Source: Candidatus Gygaella obscura
GTDB taxonomy: Bacteria > Omnitrophota > Gorgyraeia > Gygaellales > Gygaellaceae
Direction of reading: 5' to 3'
DNA length: 64,000 nt
NCBI GenBank assembly: GCA_030765485.1
Contig: JAVCCR010000002.1
Coordinates: forward strand, 12,288-76,287
The notes under the pieces are model-generated. The model was not told the DNA's origin and did no database searches. It was given only the letters and a program-made list of their open reading frames with translations. Both the position numbers and the translations under genes were made by a program. This document shows positions 33,899 to 43,295 of this stretch, in pieces. The stretch's first letter is position 1. The number at the start of each line of letters is the position of its first letter.

Positions 33899-34924
33899 TT
33901 ATAAATCCTTGATCTTTCTAAGCAATTCTTCTTTTGTAACTTCAGCTGTACCAACTTTACCAACAACAATTCCTGCAGCAATATTAGCAATTTTTGCCGC
34001 ATCCAGAAATGATGCACCACAAGCTAAAGACAACGTAAACGCGGAAATAACTGTATCTCCTGCACCGGAAACATCAAAAACTTCCTGTGCAAGTGTAGAA
34101 ATATGGGTCTTTTTATTGTTTTTTTCAAAAAGTCTCATACCGTTTTCACCTAATGTAACAAGCAAAGAATCTAAACCCAAATAATCTATAATCTTCTTTG
34201 CAGCCAAATTAAGCTCTTGAAGATTAAAAATCTTATCAAAATGAATATTAAATCTGTTTTCTGTATCTTTTATTTTTAAATTCCTTATAGCGTTTTCTGC
34301 TTCACTCAAATTAGGTGTAATACCTGAAACGTTTTTATAAAGCCTGAAATGTTCTTCTTTGGGATCCACGGTAATAATCTTGCCCTTGGAACGAACAAAA
34401 GGAATCAAATTGGATAAAAGCTGTTCGTTAATAACACCCTTACCATAATCTTCTATTATGACAGCATCAAATTTATTGATATTCTTTTTGATAAAATCCA
34501 TTATTTTGCTAACTACCGTAGATGAAACTGTATCAATATTTTCCCAATCAACCCTAACCATTTGTTGATGTTTGGCTATTATTCGACTCTTTAACGTAGT
34601 GCGGCGTTTGCTGTCAGATAAAATACCTTTGGTGTAGATATTTCTGGCTTTAAGCTGAGAAAGCAAAATATCTCTATTTTTATCTATCCCAACAACGCCG
34701 ACAATAGAAGATTTTCCGCTAAGAGTATTTATATTATAAGCAACATTAGCTGCCCCTCCAGGCATAAAGGAACGTTTATAAGCCTGTACTACTGGGACAG
34801 GCGCTTCTGGAGAAATCCTGGTAACATGACCCCAGATATACTCATCAAGAATAATATCTCCTACAACCATTATTCTGGCCTTTGAAAAGGCAGAAACTAT
34901 AGATTTTAATCTTGTTTTATTCAT
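33899..34924 (-). CDS. rfaE1: D-glycero-beta-D-manno-heptose 7-phosphate kinase (stand-alone RfaE domain I)
   Basis: GDIILDEY, RISPEAPVPV, GGAANVA, DYGKG, DVSGAGDT. Confidence 0.92.
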   Translation of the reverse strand: MNKTRLKSIVSAFSKARIMVVGDIILDEYIWGHVTRISPEAPVPVVQAYKRSFMPGGAANVAYNINTLSGKSSIVGVVGIDKNRDILLSQLKARNIYTKGILSDSKRRTTLKSRIIAKHQQMVRVDWENIDTVSSTVVSKIMDFIKKNINKFDAVIIEDYGKGVINEQLLSNLIPFVRSKGKIITVDPKEEHFRLYKNVSGITPNLSEAENAIRNLKIKDTENRFNIHFDKIFNLQELNLAAKKIIDYLGLDSLLVTLGENGMRLFEKNNKKTHISTLAQEVFDVSGAGDTVISAFTLSLACGASFLDAAKIANIAAGIVVGKVGTAEVTKEELLRKIKDL

Positions 34925-34945
34925 GATTCCGAAAGGGTAATATTA

Positions 34946-35977
34946 TCATAAATTAATTAATTCGTCAATAATAGTTAAAATATCACTAACTTTAATTAAA
35001 CTAAGGCATTTAAAGCCTTTTTTGCAATCATGAGCAAGACAAACTAAACATCCTGCATCTTTTTTTATAAAACGACTCTTCTCTCCCAAGGGATACCATC
35101 TTTTTGGACTTAGGCCTGACTGATTACGCGAGAAAATCGCCACCACAGGTACACCCAAACTAGCAGCAATATGTACAGGCCCTGAATCATTAGACACAAA
35201 TAACCCTGCCCTTTTAATTAAACAAATTAACTGCGCTATATTGCAACTTCCTGATAAATCAACTGCCGAAGAATACATCTTGTTTATTACCTCAGCAGAA
35301 ATATTTTTTTGTTCTCTGGAAGCAACTAAAACAACTTTCATTTTATAAATCTCTACTAACCTATCACAAAGCTTACTGAATTTATCGACTGGCCATCTTC
35401 TAGAAGAACAACTTGCTCCAGGATGAATAAGAATAAACTTATCATCTTTTTTAATCCCCTTTCCACTCAATAAGCAATCAACTTCTTCCTGAGCATTTTT
35501 ATCCCAACCTACATAAGTATCTTTTAAATCTGTAGCTATGTCTAAGATTCTCAAAAAATCTAAACAATACTCTGATTCATGTTTTTTGCCTTCATGTTTT
35601 AAATCTTTAACTTTATCCGTAAGTAAAAATCCCATTTTCCTATTAAACCCTATTCTTTTGGGGATCCCAGCGAAAAAAGTCACCAGATGCGCTCTATTTG
35701 TAGGATGTAGTATAATTGCCAAATCAAATCGCTTTTTTCTTAAAAATAGAGCAAACCTAAAAGAAGACAACCAGCTTCTATATTTACCTTTCTTATCATA
35801 AACAATAACCTCATTTAAAAAAGGGTTATTCTTTACGATATCCTGCGTATAAGGCGTAACCATCATTGCAATAAAACTACTGGGAAGACTCTTCCTTAAA
35901 TTGCTTATAACAGGAGTCGATAAAACCACATCACCAATCCTATCAGTTCTCACTATTAAAATACGCTTATAATTCAT
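34946..35977 (-). CDS. waaF: GT9 lipopolysaccharide heptosyltransferase (WaaF-like)
   Basis: DRIGDVVLSTP, HPGAS..RRW, NDSGPVHIAA, C..C..HDC. Confidence 0.8.
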   Translation of the reverse strand: MNYKRILIVRTDRIGDVVLSTPVISNLRKSLPSSFIAMMVTPYTQDIVKNNPFLNEVIVYDKKGKYRSWLSSFRFALFLRKKRFDLAIILHPTNRAHLVTFFAGIPKRIGFNRKMGFLLTDKVKDLKHEGKKHESEYCLDFLRILDIATDLKDTYVGWDKNAQEEVDCLLSGKGIKKDDKFILIHPGASCSSRRWPVDKFSKLCDRLVEIYKMKVVLVASREQKNISAEVINKMYSSAVDLSGSCNIAQLICLIKRAGLFVSNDSGPVHIAASLGVPVVAIFSRNQSGLSPKRWYPLGEKSRFIKKDAGCLVCLAHDCKKGFKCLSLIKVSDILTIIDELINL

Positions 35978-36935
35978 TGATTAGATTTTGAAGTTTGCTG
36001 AAAACAAAATCCGTATCCAGCTGCGTTAAACATTTAACCTCCTTAAATTTACAATGTGCTTTTTCGCAAGGAGCACAATCTAATTTTTTCCTTACAACTA
36101 CACAAACCCTAGACCACGGCCCGTATTTTTTTTCATCTGAAGGACCGTATAGACCTAAAACCGGTATATCCAAATAGCTGGCCAGATGCAAAATCCCGCT
36201 GTCGTTGGCAATAACCAGCTTACCTTTTGAAAAAAGCGCGGCTATTTGATTAAAATTAGTCTGACCGACTAAATTAAAAATCCTTGATTTTAAATTATTT
36301 TGAAGATAATCACAAACCGCTTTATCATTATTATCGCCGATTAAAACAATATCTAAATTCAATTCATTTATAATTCTATAACCTAAATCAAGATATTTAT
36401 CTTTATCCCAGCGTTTTAGAAAACTTCTTGCCCCTGCAGCGATAATAACAAACGAACCTTCCTTTAACCCAAAATGACTCAATTTATTGTTAATAAAACT
36501 GTGTGAATCTTCTTTGATATGAAAACTTTGCCTTTTACAATTAAAATTTACATTCTTTATGATATTACGCAGTTTTGCAATATGCCAGTCTTTGATATGC
36601 GTATTCTTTTTTAAGATATGGTCAAAAGGAGTGGTTTTTTTTCTACCGCGTAAAAAGAAAGGAAATGCGCTATTGCGCAGATCTATAATAAAATCAAAAT
36701 ACTCTTCCCTTAAGGATTTTACAAGTTTAAGTTTTTCTTTTAATCCAGAACTCTTTTTATAGACAATAACTTTTCCAAATAACGGATTATCTATAAAAAC
36801 TGCTTTTGAACGTTCGCTGCAGACAACTGTAATTTTAGAATCAGGATATCTATCTTTTAAAATATCCAAAACAGGAAGAGTAAGAATCGCATCTCCGATA
36901 TTACTAAGGGTAATGAATAAAATATTGTTACGCAC
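35967..36935 (-). CDS. GT9 heptosyltransferase family protein
   Basis: SNIGDAILT, KRW, NDSGILHLA, LYGPS, CAPC. Confidence 0.85.
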   Translation of the reverse strand: MRNNILFITLSNIGDAILTLPVLDILKDRYPDSKITVVCSERSKAVFIDNPLFGKVIVYKKSSGLKEKLKLVKSLREEYFDFIIDLRNSAFPFFLRGRKKTTPFDHILKKNTHIKDWHIAKLRNIIKNVNFNCKRQSFHIKEDSHSFINNKLSHFGLKEGSFVIIAAGARSFLKRWDKDKYLDLGYRIINELNLDIVLIGDNNDKAVCDYLQNNLKSRIFNLVGQTNFNQIAALFSKGKLVIANDSGILHLASYLDIPVLGLYGPSDEKKYGPWSRVCVVVRKKLDCAPCEKAHCKFKEVKCLTQLDTDFVFSKLQNLINEL

Positions 36936-36956
36936 GTAAATAGAGGATTTTACCTG

Positions 36957-38024
36957 TTATAATTTATCTACAATCTTTAGGAAGGTCTCAACAATCATTG
37001 GATCAAACTGGGTACCGGAATTAATTTTAACTTCTTTTATTGCCTCATCTTTTTTTAAAGGATTTTTTCTATAAGGCCGTTCAGATGTCATCGCCTCGAA
37101 AGAATCAGCCAAAGAAACAATCCTTGCTCCTAATTTAATCTCTGTTCCTTTTAAGCCGACAGGATAACCTGTTCCGTCGTATTTCTCATGATGCTGTTTT
37201 ATGATTTCGGTTATATTCTTTAAATACCCCAGAGGCTCCAAAATCTGTGCGCCTTTCATGGAATGGCTTTTGACCTGTTCCCATTCTTCATCGTTAAGCT
37301 TACCCGGTTTCCTTAAAATCGCATCATCAATACCAATTTTTCCTAAATCATGTAGCTGCGCTGCTTCTCTTATATCTTCAACCTCATTAGAAGATAAACC
37401 TAACTCTTCTGCAATCTTAACTGCAATACGGGTAACATTCTCGGAATGGCTTCTTGTATAATGATCCTTGGCATCTAAGGCATCAGCAAAGGCTTTAATC
37501 GTATCAATATATGTTTTTCTTAAGTCACTGTAAAGTTTCTGAAGATTGGCAGTGCGTTCCTTTACCCTAACCTCGAGTATCGCATTCTGCTGCTCTAAAA
37601 GCATATTCTTCCGTTCCAGCTCCTCAACCAGATCTTTATTTCTTTTTAAAGTCTGGCGGAACAATACTGCTTTCTTTATAGTAAAAGTAATCTCGTCTAT
37701 ATTAAAAGGTTTCGTGAGATAATCGTGCGCACCTAACTTTAATGCATCGCGCACGCTGTCAAAAGAAGGATACCCGGTAATTACTATTACTACAGCTTCG
37801 GGGTCTGCTTTTCTTACCTCTCCCAATATCTGGATTCCGTCTATATCAGGAAGCCGAATATCGGTTATAATAGTATCGAAACTTTTAGTAGTGCCTTCTT
37901 TTATACCTGTTTGGCCATTAGGACAAGTAGTAACTTCATAGCCTAAATCAGTAAGAGCATCCTTTAAAAGACTTCTTATAACCTCTTCATCATCAACAAC
38001 TAATATTTTTCCTTGATTTTCCAT
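36957..38024 (-). CDS. Response regulator with HD-GYP phosphodiesterase domain
   Basis: REC (VVDDE, TDIRLP, KPF), coiled coil, LHDLGKIG, HHEKYDGTGYP. Confidence 0.93.
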   Translation of the reverse strand: MENQGKILVVDDEEVIRSLLKDALTDLGYEVTTCPNGQTGIKEGTTKSFDTIITDIRLPDIDGIQILGEVRKADPEAVVIVITGYPSFDSVRDALKLGAHDYLTKPFNIDEITFTIKKAVLFRQTLKRNKDLVEELERKNMLLEQQNAILEVRVKERTANLQKLYSDLRKTYIDTIKAFADALDAKDHYTRSHSENVTRIAVKIAEELGLSSNEVEDIREAAQLHDLGKIGIDDAILRKPGKLNDEEWEQVKSHSMKGAQILEPLGYLKNITEIIKQHHEKYDGTGYPVGLKGTEIKLGARIVSLADSFEAMTSERPYRKNPLKKDEAIKEVKINSGTQFDPMIVETFLKIVDKL

Positions 38025-38035
38025 ATTAATTAATA

Positions 38036-38065
38036 ATTATACCACATTAATTAAAAATGTGACAA
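38036..38065 (-). promoter_or_regulatory. Candidate sigma70 promoter for HD-GYP regulator
   Basis: TTGTCA-18nt-TATAAT with extended TG; ATG 11 nt downstream of the -10 element. Confidence 0.55.
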
Positions 38066-38070
38066 ACTAT

Positions 38071-38388
38071 TTATATGTACGCTTTAAACAATGCAACAAT
38101 ATCAGCTTTTGATAAAGCACCTACTGCGCTTTTTTGTACAGAACCATCTTTAAAAACCATCAAAGTTGGTATACTCATTATACCATAGCTACTTGCAACA
38201 GAAGAAGCCTCATCTACATTTATCTTACAGACCTTGATTTTTCCTTGATATTCCTGAGCAATCTCCTCTAAAGAAGACGCAATCATCTTACATGGTCCAC
38301 ACCACTCGGCCCAAAAATCCACCAAACAAGGAATCTTTGATTCTGATACTTCACTTTTAAAATTACTCTCACTAACATTAATTTCCAT
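38071..38388 (-). CDS. trxA: Thioredoxin
   Basis: DFWAEWCGPC, SIPT; AAGGAG RBS 6 nt before ATG 38388. Confidence 0.96.
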   Translation of the reverse strand: MEINVSESNFKSEVSESKIPCLVDFWAEWCGPCKMIASSLEEIAQEYQGKIKVCKINVDEASSVASSYGIMSIPTLMVFKDGSVQKSAVGALSKADIVALFKAYI

Positions 38389-38412
38389 AAACAACTCCTT
38401 TCTAAAGTTAGT

Positions 38413-39375
38413 CTATTTATAAGTCATACCTTTAATCTCGTTTATAAACGAAAAACTATAGTAATAAGCCAATGCCCCTTGCGCACATGCAGTTATAACC
38501 TGCTTTAAATCATTTTTGCAACAGTCTCCACAGGCAAAAATTCCTTCGGATGAAGTCTCTAACCTTTCATTAACAATCAAATAACCTGCATCATCGGCAT
38601 TAAGCAGACCTTTTAAAAATAATGTGTTTGGTTCGTATCCTACAAATACAAAAACCCCATCGCAATCAACGCGATCTTTTTGTTTTGTATTTACATTCTC
38701 ATAAACTATACCTTCTACCTTCTGTTTCCCTTCGATTGCTACAAGATTGCTCTCCCATAAGAAATCTATCTTTTTATTCTCAAACACCCTTTCCTGTAAA
38801 ATCTTGGTAGCGCGAAGCCTATTTCTTCTGTGGACCATTGTCACCTTGCTGGCAAACATGGTAAGAAAAAGTGCCTCTTCTACAGCAGTATCACCTCCAC
38901 CAACTACAACAACCTTTTTATTTCTAAAGAATGCCGCATCGCAAGTAGCACAATATGAAACCCCCTTGCCGCGCAAGGAAGCTTCCCCTTCAGCCCCAAG
39001 CTGTTTTGGTCTTGCGCCTGTAGCAATAAGTACTGAAATACTATTGAATAGTTTTCCATCATCTGTACTGATCTGCCAAACTGCATCTTTACCTTTATTT
39101 ATTCTTTGAATGCTTGATACTGTTTTATTTTCAAATATCGCTCCGAAATTCTTTGCCTGAGATTTAAATTTTTCTACCAATTCCATCCCACTAATACCAT
39201 TAGGAAAACCAGGATAATTTTCAATCTGATCAGTAAGCATAGCCTGGCTTAAATTAACCGCACTTTCAAATACAATTGTATTTAATCTTGAGCGTGCAGC
39301 ATATATCGCAGCAGTCAATCCCGCAGGACCTGCACCTACAATAATCAAATCATACAAACTATTAGCATCTACCAC
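38413..39375 (-). CDS. trxB: Thioredoxin reductase
   Basis: [30 protein letters not shown]. Confidence 0.96.
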   Translation of the reverse strand: MVDANSLYDLIIVGAGPAGLTAAIYAARSRLNTIVFESAVNLSQAMLTDQIENYPGFPNGISGMELVEKFKSQAKNFGAIFENKTVSSIQRINKGKDAVWQISTDDGKLFNSISVLIATGARPKQLGAEGEASLRGKGVSYCATCDAAFFRNKKVVVVGGGDTAVEEALFLTMFASKVTMVHRRNRLRATKILQERVFENKKIDFLWESNLVAIEGKQKVEGIVYENVNTKQKDRVDCDGVFVFVGYEPNTLFLKGLLNADDAGYLIVNERLETSSEGIFACGDCCKNDLKQVITACAQGALAYYYSFSFINEIKGMTYK

Positions 39376-39581
39376 CAGGAACCTCTTTGCTTATATACCT
39401 CAATAAATTTTTCTATTGACCTATCATATGTCTTTTCAATATCATCGGGAAAATAACAAGCCGGAAGCTGACCCATTTTTCTGTGATAATGAAGACAATC
39501 ACAACAAATTCCTTTCTTGCCACAAGAATCATAAGTACAATTACAATACTTTTGATTCTGTGCTATTTTACATTCACTCAT
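39369..39581 (-). CDS. Small Cys-rich protein (DUF6485-like)
   Basis: [18 protein letters not shown]...LPACYF...TYDRS; packed tightly in the operon. Confidence 0.7.
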   Translation of the reverse strand: MSECKIAQNQKYCNCTYDSCGKKGICCDCLHYHRKMGQLPACYFPDDIEKTYDRSIEKFIEVYKQRGSWW

Positions 39582-39582
39582 T

Positions 39583-40068
39583 TTATTTCTCTTTTGATTT
39601 TGGATTAAAATTCAATTTTATCTTATCAAAAAACTGCATATAGTCTACTATTGTTTTTCCTCTCAAATGATCTATCTCATGCAACAAAACTCTAGCTAAA
39701 AGACCTCTAGCCTTAAGCTGAATATTGTCTCCCTTGTCATTCAAGGCCAAAACAGTAAGTTTATAACTACGCTCCACCTCCACATCAACTCCAGGAACGC
39801 TTAAACAACCTTCCTTCATCATACCTGAACCACTAGATGAAACCACCTTAGGATTAGCTAATCTTATTGGCCCTTCTCCGATATCAACAACGATTATATT
39901 CTTTAATATCCCTACCTGCGGAGCTGCCAGGCCAATACCGTAAAAATGCTTCATGGTAGAAAGCATGTTATCAAACAATTTGATTTCTTTTTCACTAATT
40001 TCAAGGATATCTTCAGATGTCTTTCTAAGGATCTTGTCCGGATATTTTTTAATCTCAAGGACTTTCAT
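39583..40068 (-). CDS. def: Peptide deformylase
   Basis: [20 protein letters not shown]. Confidence 0.96.
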   Translation of the reverse strand: MKVLEIKKYPDKILRKTSEDILEISEKEIKLFDNMLSTMKHFYGIGLAAPQVGILKNIIVVDIGEGPIRLANPKVVSSSGSGMMKEGCLSVPGVDVEVERSYKLTVLALNDKGDNIQLKARGLLARVLLHEIDHLRGKTIVDYMQFFDKIKLNFNPKSKEK

Positions 40069-40079
40069 GGCAAAAACTA

Positions 40080-40850
40080 TTATACATTATTAGAATGACT
40101 TTTTGTATTTTTTTTTAAACGGAAGAACATAAATATTGAAACCACTATAAAACAGATTGCAAATACCTGTGAAACGGAGAAGATTCCGATTGTGCCACGG
40201 TCATCATACCTGATAAATTCCAATAAAAATCTCGCAGAAGAGTACAAGAAAACATACAACCAAAATATCAAACCCTCTGTATTAACCTTTTTCTTTAGTG
40301 CAGTCAAAACCCAAAAAATAACTAGCAAGACAAACACAGACACTAACTGTACAGGAACTAATTTTCCAGCAATCTGGCCGGCAGCACAATCTGCAGGAAA
40401 CCTAACGCCGTAGAAAGCAGTTGTTGGCACTCCGTAACAACATCCGTTTAAAAAACACCCTAACCTACCAAAGGCATGAGCAAGTACTATATAAGGCATA
40501 ACAATATCAGCAACCGGGTAAAAAGCAATGCGCTTAATTCTTAAAAAAATTATCGCTGCCAAAAGTCCAAATATAAACCCGCCGTAAAAAACAAAACCCC
40601 CTTTTGAAAACAAAAGCTCAAAAGGATATAGGAGAAAATACTGCCACTGGATAATTATATATACAATACGTGCTCCCAGAAAACCGATTAAAACCGACCA
40701 AAAAAATAAATCCTGCATTAAAAAAGAACCAAAACCTTTTTCTTTAGACTCTCTCACTGAAAAAACCAAAGCCACAAGAAAACCTAAAGCAATCATAAAC
40801 CCGTAACTATAAACTTTAAAACCAGCAATTTCAAACAATATCCTATGCAT
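40080..40850 (-). CDS. lgt: Prolipoprotein diacylglyceryl transferase
   Basis: YGFM, GARIVY, GFVFYGG, GRLGCFLNGCCYG, RFLLEFIR. Confidence 0.92.
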   Translation of the reverse strand: MHRILFEIAGFKVYSYGFMIALGFLVALVFSVRESKEKGFGSFLMQDLFFWSVLIGFLGARIVYIIIQWQYFLLYPFELLFSKGGFVFYGGFIFGLLAAIIFLRIKRIAFYPVADIVMPYIVLAHAFGRLGCFLNGCCYGVPTTAFYGVRFPADCAAGQIAGKLVPVQLVSVFVLLVIFWVLTALKKKVNTEGLIFWLYVFLYSSARFLLEFIRYDDRGTIGIFSVSQVFAICFIVVSIFMFFRLKKNTKSHSNNV

Positions 40851-40853
40851 TTT

Positions 40854-41183
40854 TTATACCTTACAATTACATCTTTTATTCTTCAGAATATGTTTTTGTT
40901 TTATTAAAGAATCTATAAACTCTTTCTGAAACCTACTTCCTTCAACTTTCTTCTTATCTAATGGACTTTTATGATTATAGCCACGGCTTAAGATTTCTGT
41001 ACAAAGCGCTTCGTGTCTTTTATACAAAGCCTTTAATTTACCTTTCCATCTTAGCACTTCAGGATGATGAGAATATCCCTTTTTTAAATTAACTAGAATA
41101 CTCCATATTGCATGCAGTTCGCGATGTTCTCCCAATAAATGCTGACGGCATAATCTTGAAGACGAAATATCCCAAATTCTCAC
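40854..41183 (-). CDS. Pyrimidine dimer DNA glycosylase / endonuclease V-like protein
   Basis: MRIW...LCRQHLLGEHRELH...HHP...W...RGYNH pattern. Confidence 0.75.
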   Translation of the reverse strand: MRIWDISSSRLCRQHLLGEHRELHAIWSILVNLKKGYSHHPEVLRWKGKLKALYKRHEALCTEILSRGYNHKSPLDKKKVEGSRFQKEFIDSLIKQKHILKNKRCNCKV

Positions 41184-41572
41184 GATAATAAAAGTTTTTT
41201 GATATCTTCAGGAATAGATCTTGGTTTAAAGTCATTACCTACACAAACAAGAACTATCCTTGCCTGAGCAATAATTGTAGAATCTCTTTTAATAGTATTA
41301 GTAAATTCTATCGCTACTCTTTTAACGCTGGTTACTTCACAATAGACCCTTAAGCTATCTTGATATCTGGCTGCAGCCTTATAATCTATATCTACTTTGG
41401 CAACCACGAAGAGAATTCCCTTTTCAGCAAGTCTTTTTAATTCAATACCACGCTTTAAAAAAAACTCCGTTCTTGCCTCTTCCAAATACTTCAGGTAATT
41501 TGCATAATAAACAACTTTACCACAATCAGTATCATGGTAATAGATTTTCTTTTCAATGAAGAATTTATCCAT
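41180..41572 (-). CDS. YbgC/FadM acyl-CoA thioesterase
   Basis: YYHDTDCGKVVYYANYLKYLEEAR hot-dog motif. Confidence 0.9.
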   Translation of the reverse strand: MDKFFIEKKIYYHDTDCGKVVYYANYLKYLEEARTEFFLKRGIELKRLAEKGILFVVAKVDIDYKAAARYQDSLRVYCEVTSVKRVAIEFTNTIKRDSTIIAQARIVLVCVGNDFKPRSIPEDIKKLLLS

Positions 41573-41625
41573 AACCAGTATATTTTATACTAAATACTTC
41601 AATTATCAAATAAAATATCAAAAAA

Positions 41626-41654
41626 TTGCAATAGTTTTTTTTTAAGAGTATAAT
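41626..41654 (+). promoter_or_regulatory. Sigma70 promoter for CDF gene (likely leaderless mRNA)
   Basis: TTGCAA-17nt-TATAAT, ATG 7 nt downstream, no SD. Confidence 0.65.
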
Positions 41655-41661
41655 TAATTTT

Positions 41662-42543
41662 ATGTACATTAATACAGATGAAAATCAGCACTACGCAAAG
41701 ATAAAAAGAATCTTGCTGGTAATTTTGCTTCTCAATTGGGCTGTTGCTGCAGTAAAAATAATCTACGGTCTTATTACTGGCAGCCACAGCATTACAGCAG
41801 ATGGTTTCCATTCTTTATCTGACGGCGCCTCTAATATTATCGGCTTTATTGGGATACATATTGCCTCACAACCGAAAGACTCAGAACATCCCTACGGGCA
41901 TAAAAAATATGAAACTCTTTTTTCTCTTTTTATTGCTTTTATGCTATTCATAATTGCCATTAACCTATTAAGACAATCAATACCTCGTTTATCAAATCCT
42001 ATTATACCTAAAATAAATTTATTTAGCTTTATTATCATGTTAACTACTTTTGTCATAAATATATTCGTAGTGAAATATGAATCAAAACAGGGCAATTTAC
42101 TAAAAAGTGATATATTAACAGCTGATGCCATACACACCAAAACAGACCTTTTAATAACAAGTTCTGTATTCGTTGCACTGATTGCGATAAAATTAGGATT
42201 TCCGATAATGGACCTTGTAATTGCTATACTAATATCTATTTTTATCGCCAAAAGCGGAATAAAAATAGTGAAATCAAGCGCGGCAATACTGTGTGATACA
42301 CAATCTATAGAAGACACAAAAAAAGTATCTAATATTGTCCTATCGGTAAGGGGAGTAAAAAGCTGCCATAAAATACGTTCCCGAGGCAGAAAAGACGATA
42401 TCTATCTTGACCTACATGTGCAGGTTGAACCTAATATGCCCATAGATAAAGCCCACCAGATAAGCAATAAAATTGAAACGCTAATAAAAGATAAGCTTGA
42501 TGGCGTGACTGACGTAATCATACACTTAGAGCCTAAACATTAG
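41662..42543 (+). CDS. Cation diffusion facilitator (FieF-like)
   Basis: ADGFHSLSD, HPYGH, ADAIHTKTD, C-terminal ZT dimer (DLH..AH..IHLEP). Confidence 0.93.
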   Translation: MYINTDENQHYAKIKRILLVILLLNWAVAAVKIIYGLITGSHSITADGFHSLSDGASNIIGFIGIHIASQPKDSEHPYGHKKYETLFSLFIAFMLFIIAINLLRQSIPRLSNPIIPKINLFSFIIMLTTFVINIFVVKYESKQGNLLKSDILTADAIHTKTDLLITSSVFVALIAIKLGFPIMDLVIAILISIFIAKSGIKIVKSSAAILCDTQSIEDTKKVSNIVLSVRGVKSCHKIRSRGRKDDIYLDLHVQVEPNMPIDKAHQISNKIETLIKDKLDGVTDVIIHLEPKH

Positions 42544-42546
42544 AAA

Positions 42547-42978
42547 CTAATTCTTTTTATACAAACCCACCAACTGCGCTTGAGCTAAAATATGAGACTG
42601 CATGATAGACTCTAGATCTTCTTTAGTTATTTCCTTTTCTGGATTCAGTACCTTGTCCAAAGCATATATTTTAAAACAATAACGGTGGGTGCCTGACGGC
42701 GGACAAGGCCCGTGATAGTTAAATCTTCCTGCAGTATTTATACCCTGTTTACCAGGTATAGTATTTTCTTCGATCAAATTAGTTATAAGAATATCAAAAA
42801 CTACCCAATGTACCCAAGTACCAATCGGTGCATCCGGATCATCCATTATTAAAGCTAGACTCTTTGCATTTTCTGGGATATCCTCAATAATCAAATCCGG
42901 ATTTACATCCTTACCCTGGCAGGTATATTTTGACGGAATAAAAACATTATTAGCAAAAGCAGAGCTTGATAACCGCAT
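42547..42978 (-). CDS. YbhB/YbcL (PEBP/Raf kinase inhibitor-like) protein
   Basis: DDPDAP, WVHW, GPCPPSGTHRY; GGAGG RBS. Confidence 0.93.
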   Translation of the reverse strand: MRLSSSAFANNVFIPSKYTCQGKDVNPDLIIEDIPENAKSLALIMDDPDAPIGTWVHWVVFDILITNLIEENTIPGKQGINTAGRFNYHGPCPPSGTHRYCFKIYALDKVLNPEKEITKEDLESIMQSHILAQAQLVGLYKKN

Positions 42979-43013
42979 AAACTCACCTCCTCATATTGAT
43001 TAGAACTTTATCA

Positions 43014-43061
43014 TCAAAACAATTTAATATAATTATTAACTATTGAAATTATTTTTCCCAT
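43014..43061 (-). pseudogene. 15-codon mini-ORF resembling a ParA/Soj N-terminus (MGKIISIVNN)
   Basis: AGGGGG RBS-like then ATG GGA AAA ATA ATT TCA ATA GTT AAT AAT ... TGA. Confidence 0.3.
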
Positions 43062-43191
43062 TACCCCCTACTGCCAATGATACTTTGAAAAAATATAACT
43101 TTATTATACCAAAAGCCGTACAAAAGAAAACGCTTTCAAATTATTACACTTGACTACTTGTTTTCAGTTTAAATATAGGTTATATTTGTTA

Positions 43192-43284
43192 TAGATTTAA
43201 TAATCAACAAGGAGGCAGAGCGATAGCGTAAGCCACCAAGGATTATCGCCTTACAAGGAAACCCTTTTAAAAAGGGTTTTTTTG
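43192..43284 (+). ncRNA. Candidate small RNA
   Basis: Promoter-like TTGTTT-17-TATATT (43158-43186), three CAAGGA motifs, GCGATAG/TTATCGC stem, plus-strand terminator, no ORF. Confidence 0.4.
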
Positions 43285-43290
43285 TTTTTA
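43259..43290 (+). terminator. Intrinsic terminator (stronger on plus strand)
   Basis: AAACCCTTTT/AAAAGGGTTT inverted repeat followed by a T tract. Confidence 0.75.
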
Positions 43291-43295
43291 TACAC

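Noticed and set aside
32355-34020. Long overlaps among kdsA, kdsB and rfaE1 implied by the ORF track (similarly mlaD/mlaF, nadE/prenyl synthase, SOR)
   Set aside because: Artefacts of the longest-ORF start choice; downstream ATGs give normal protein starts
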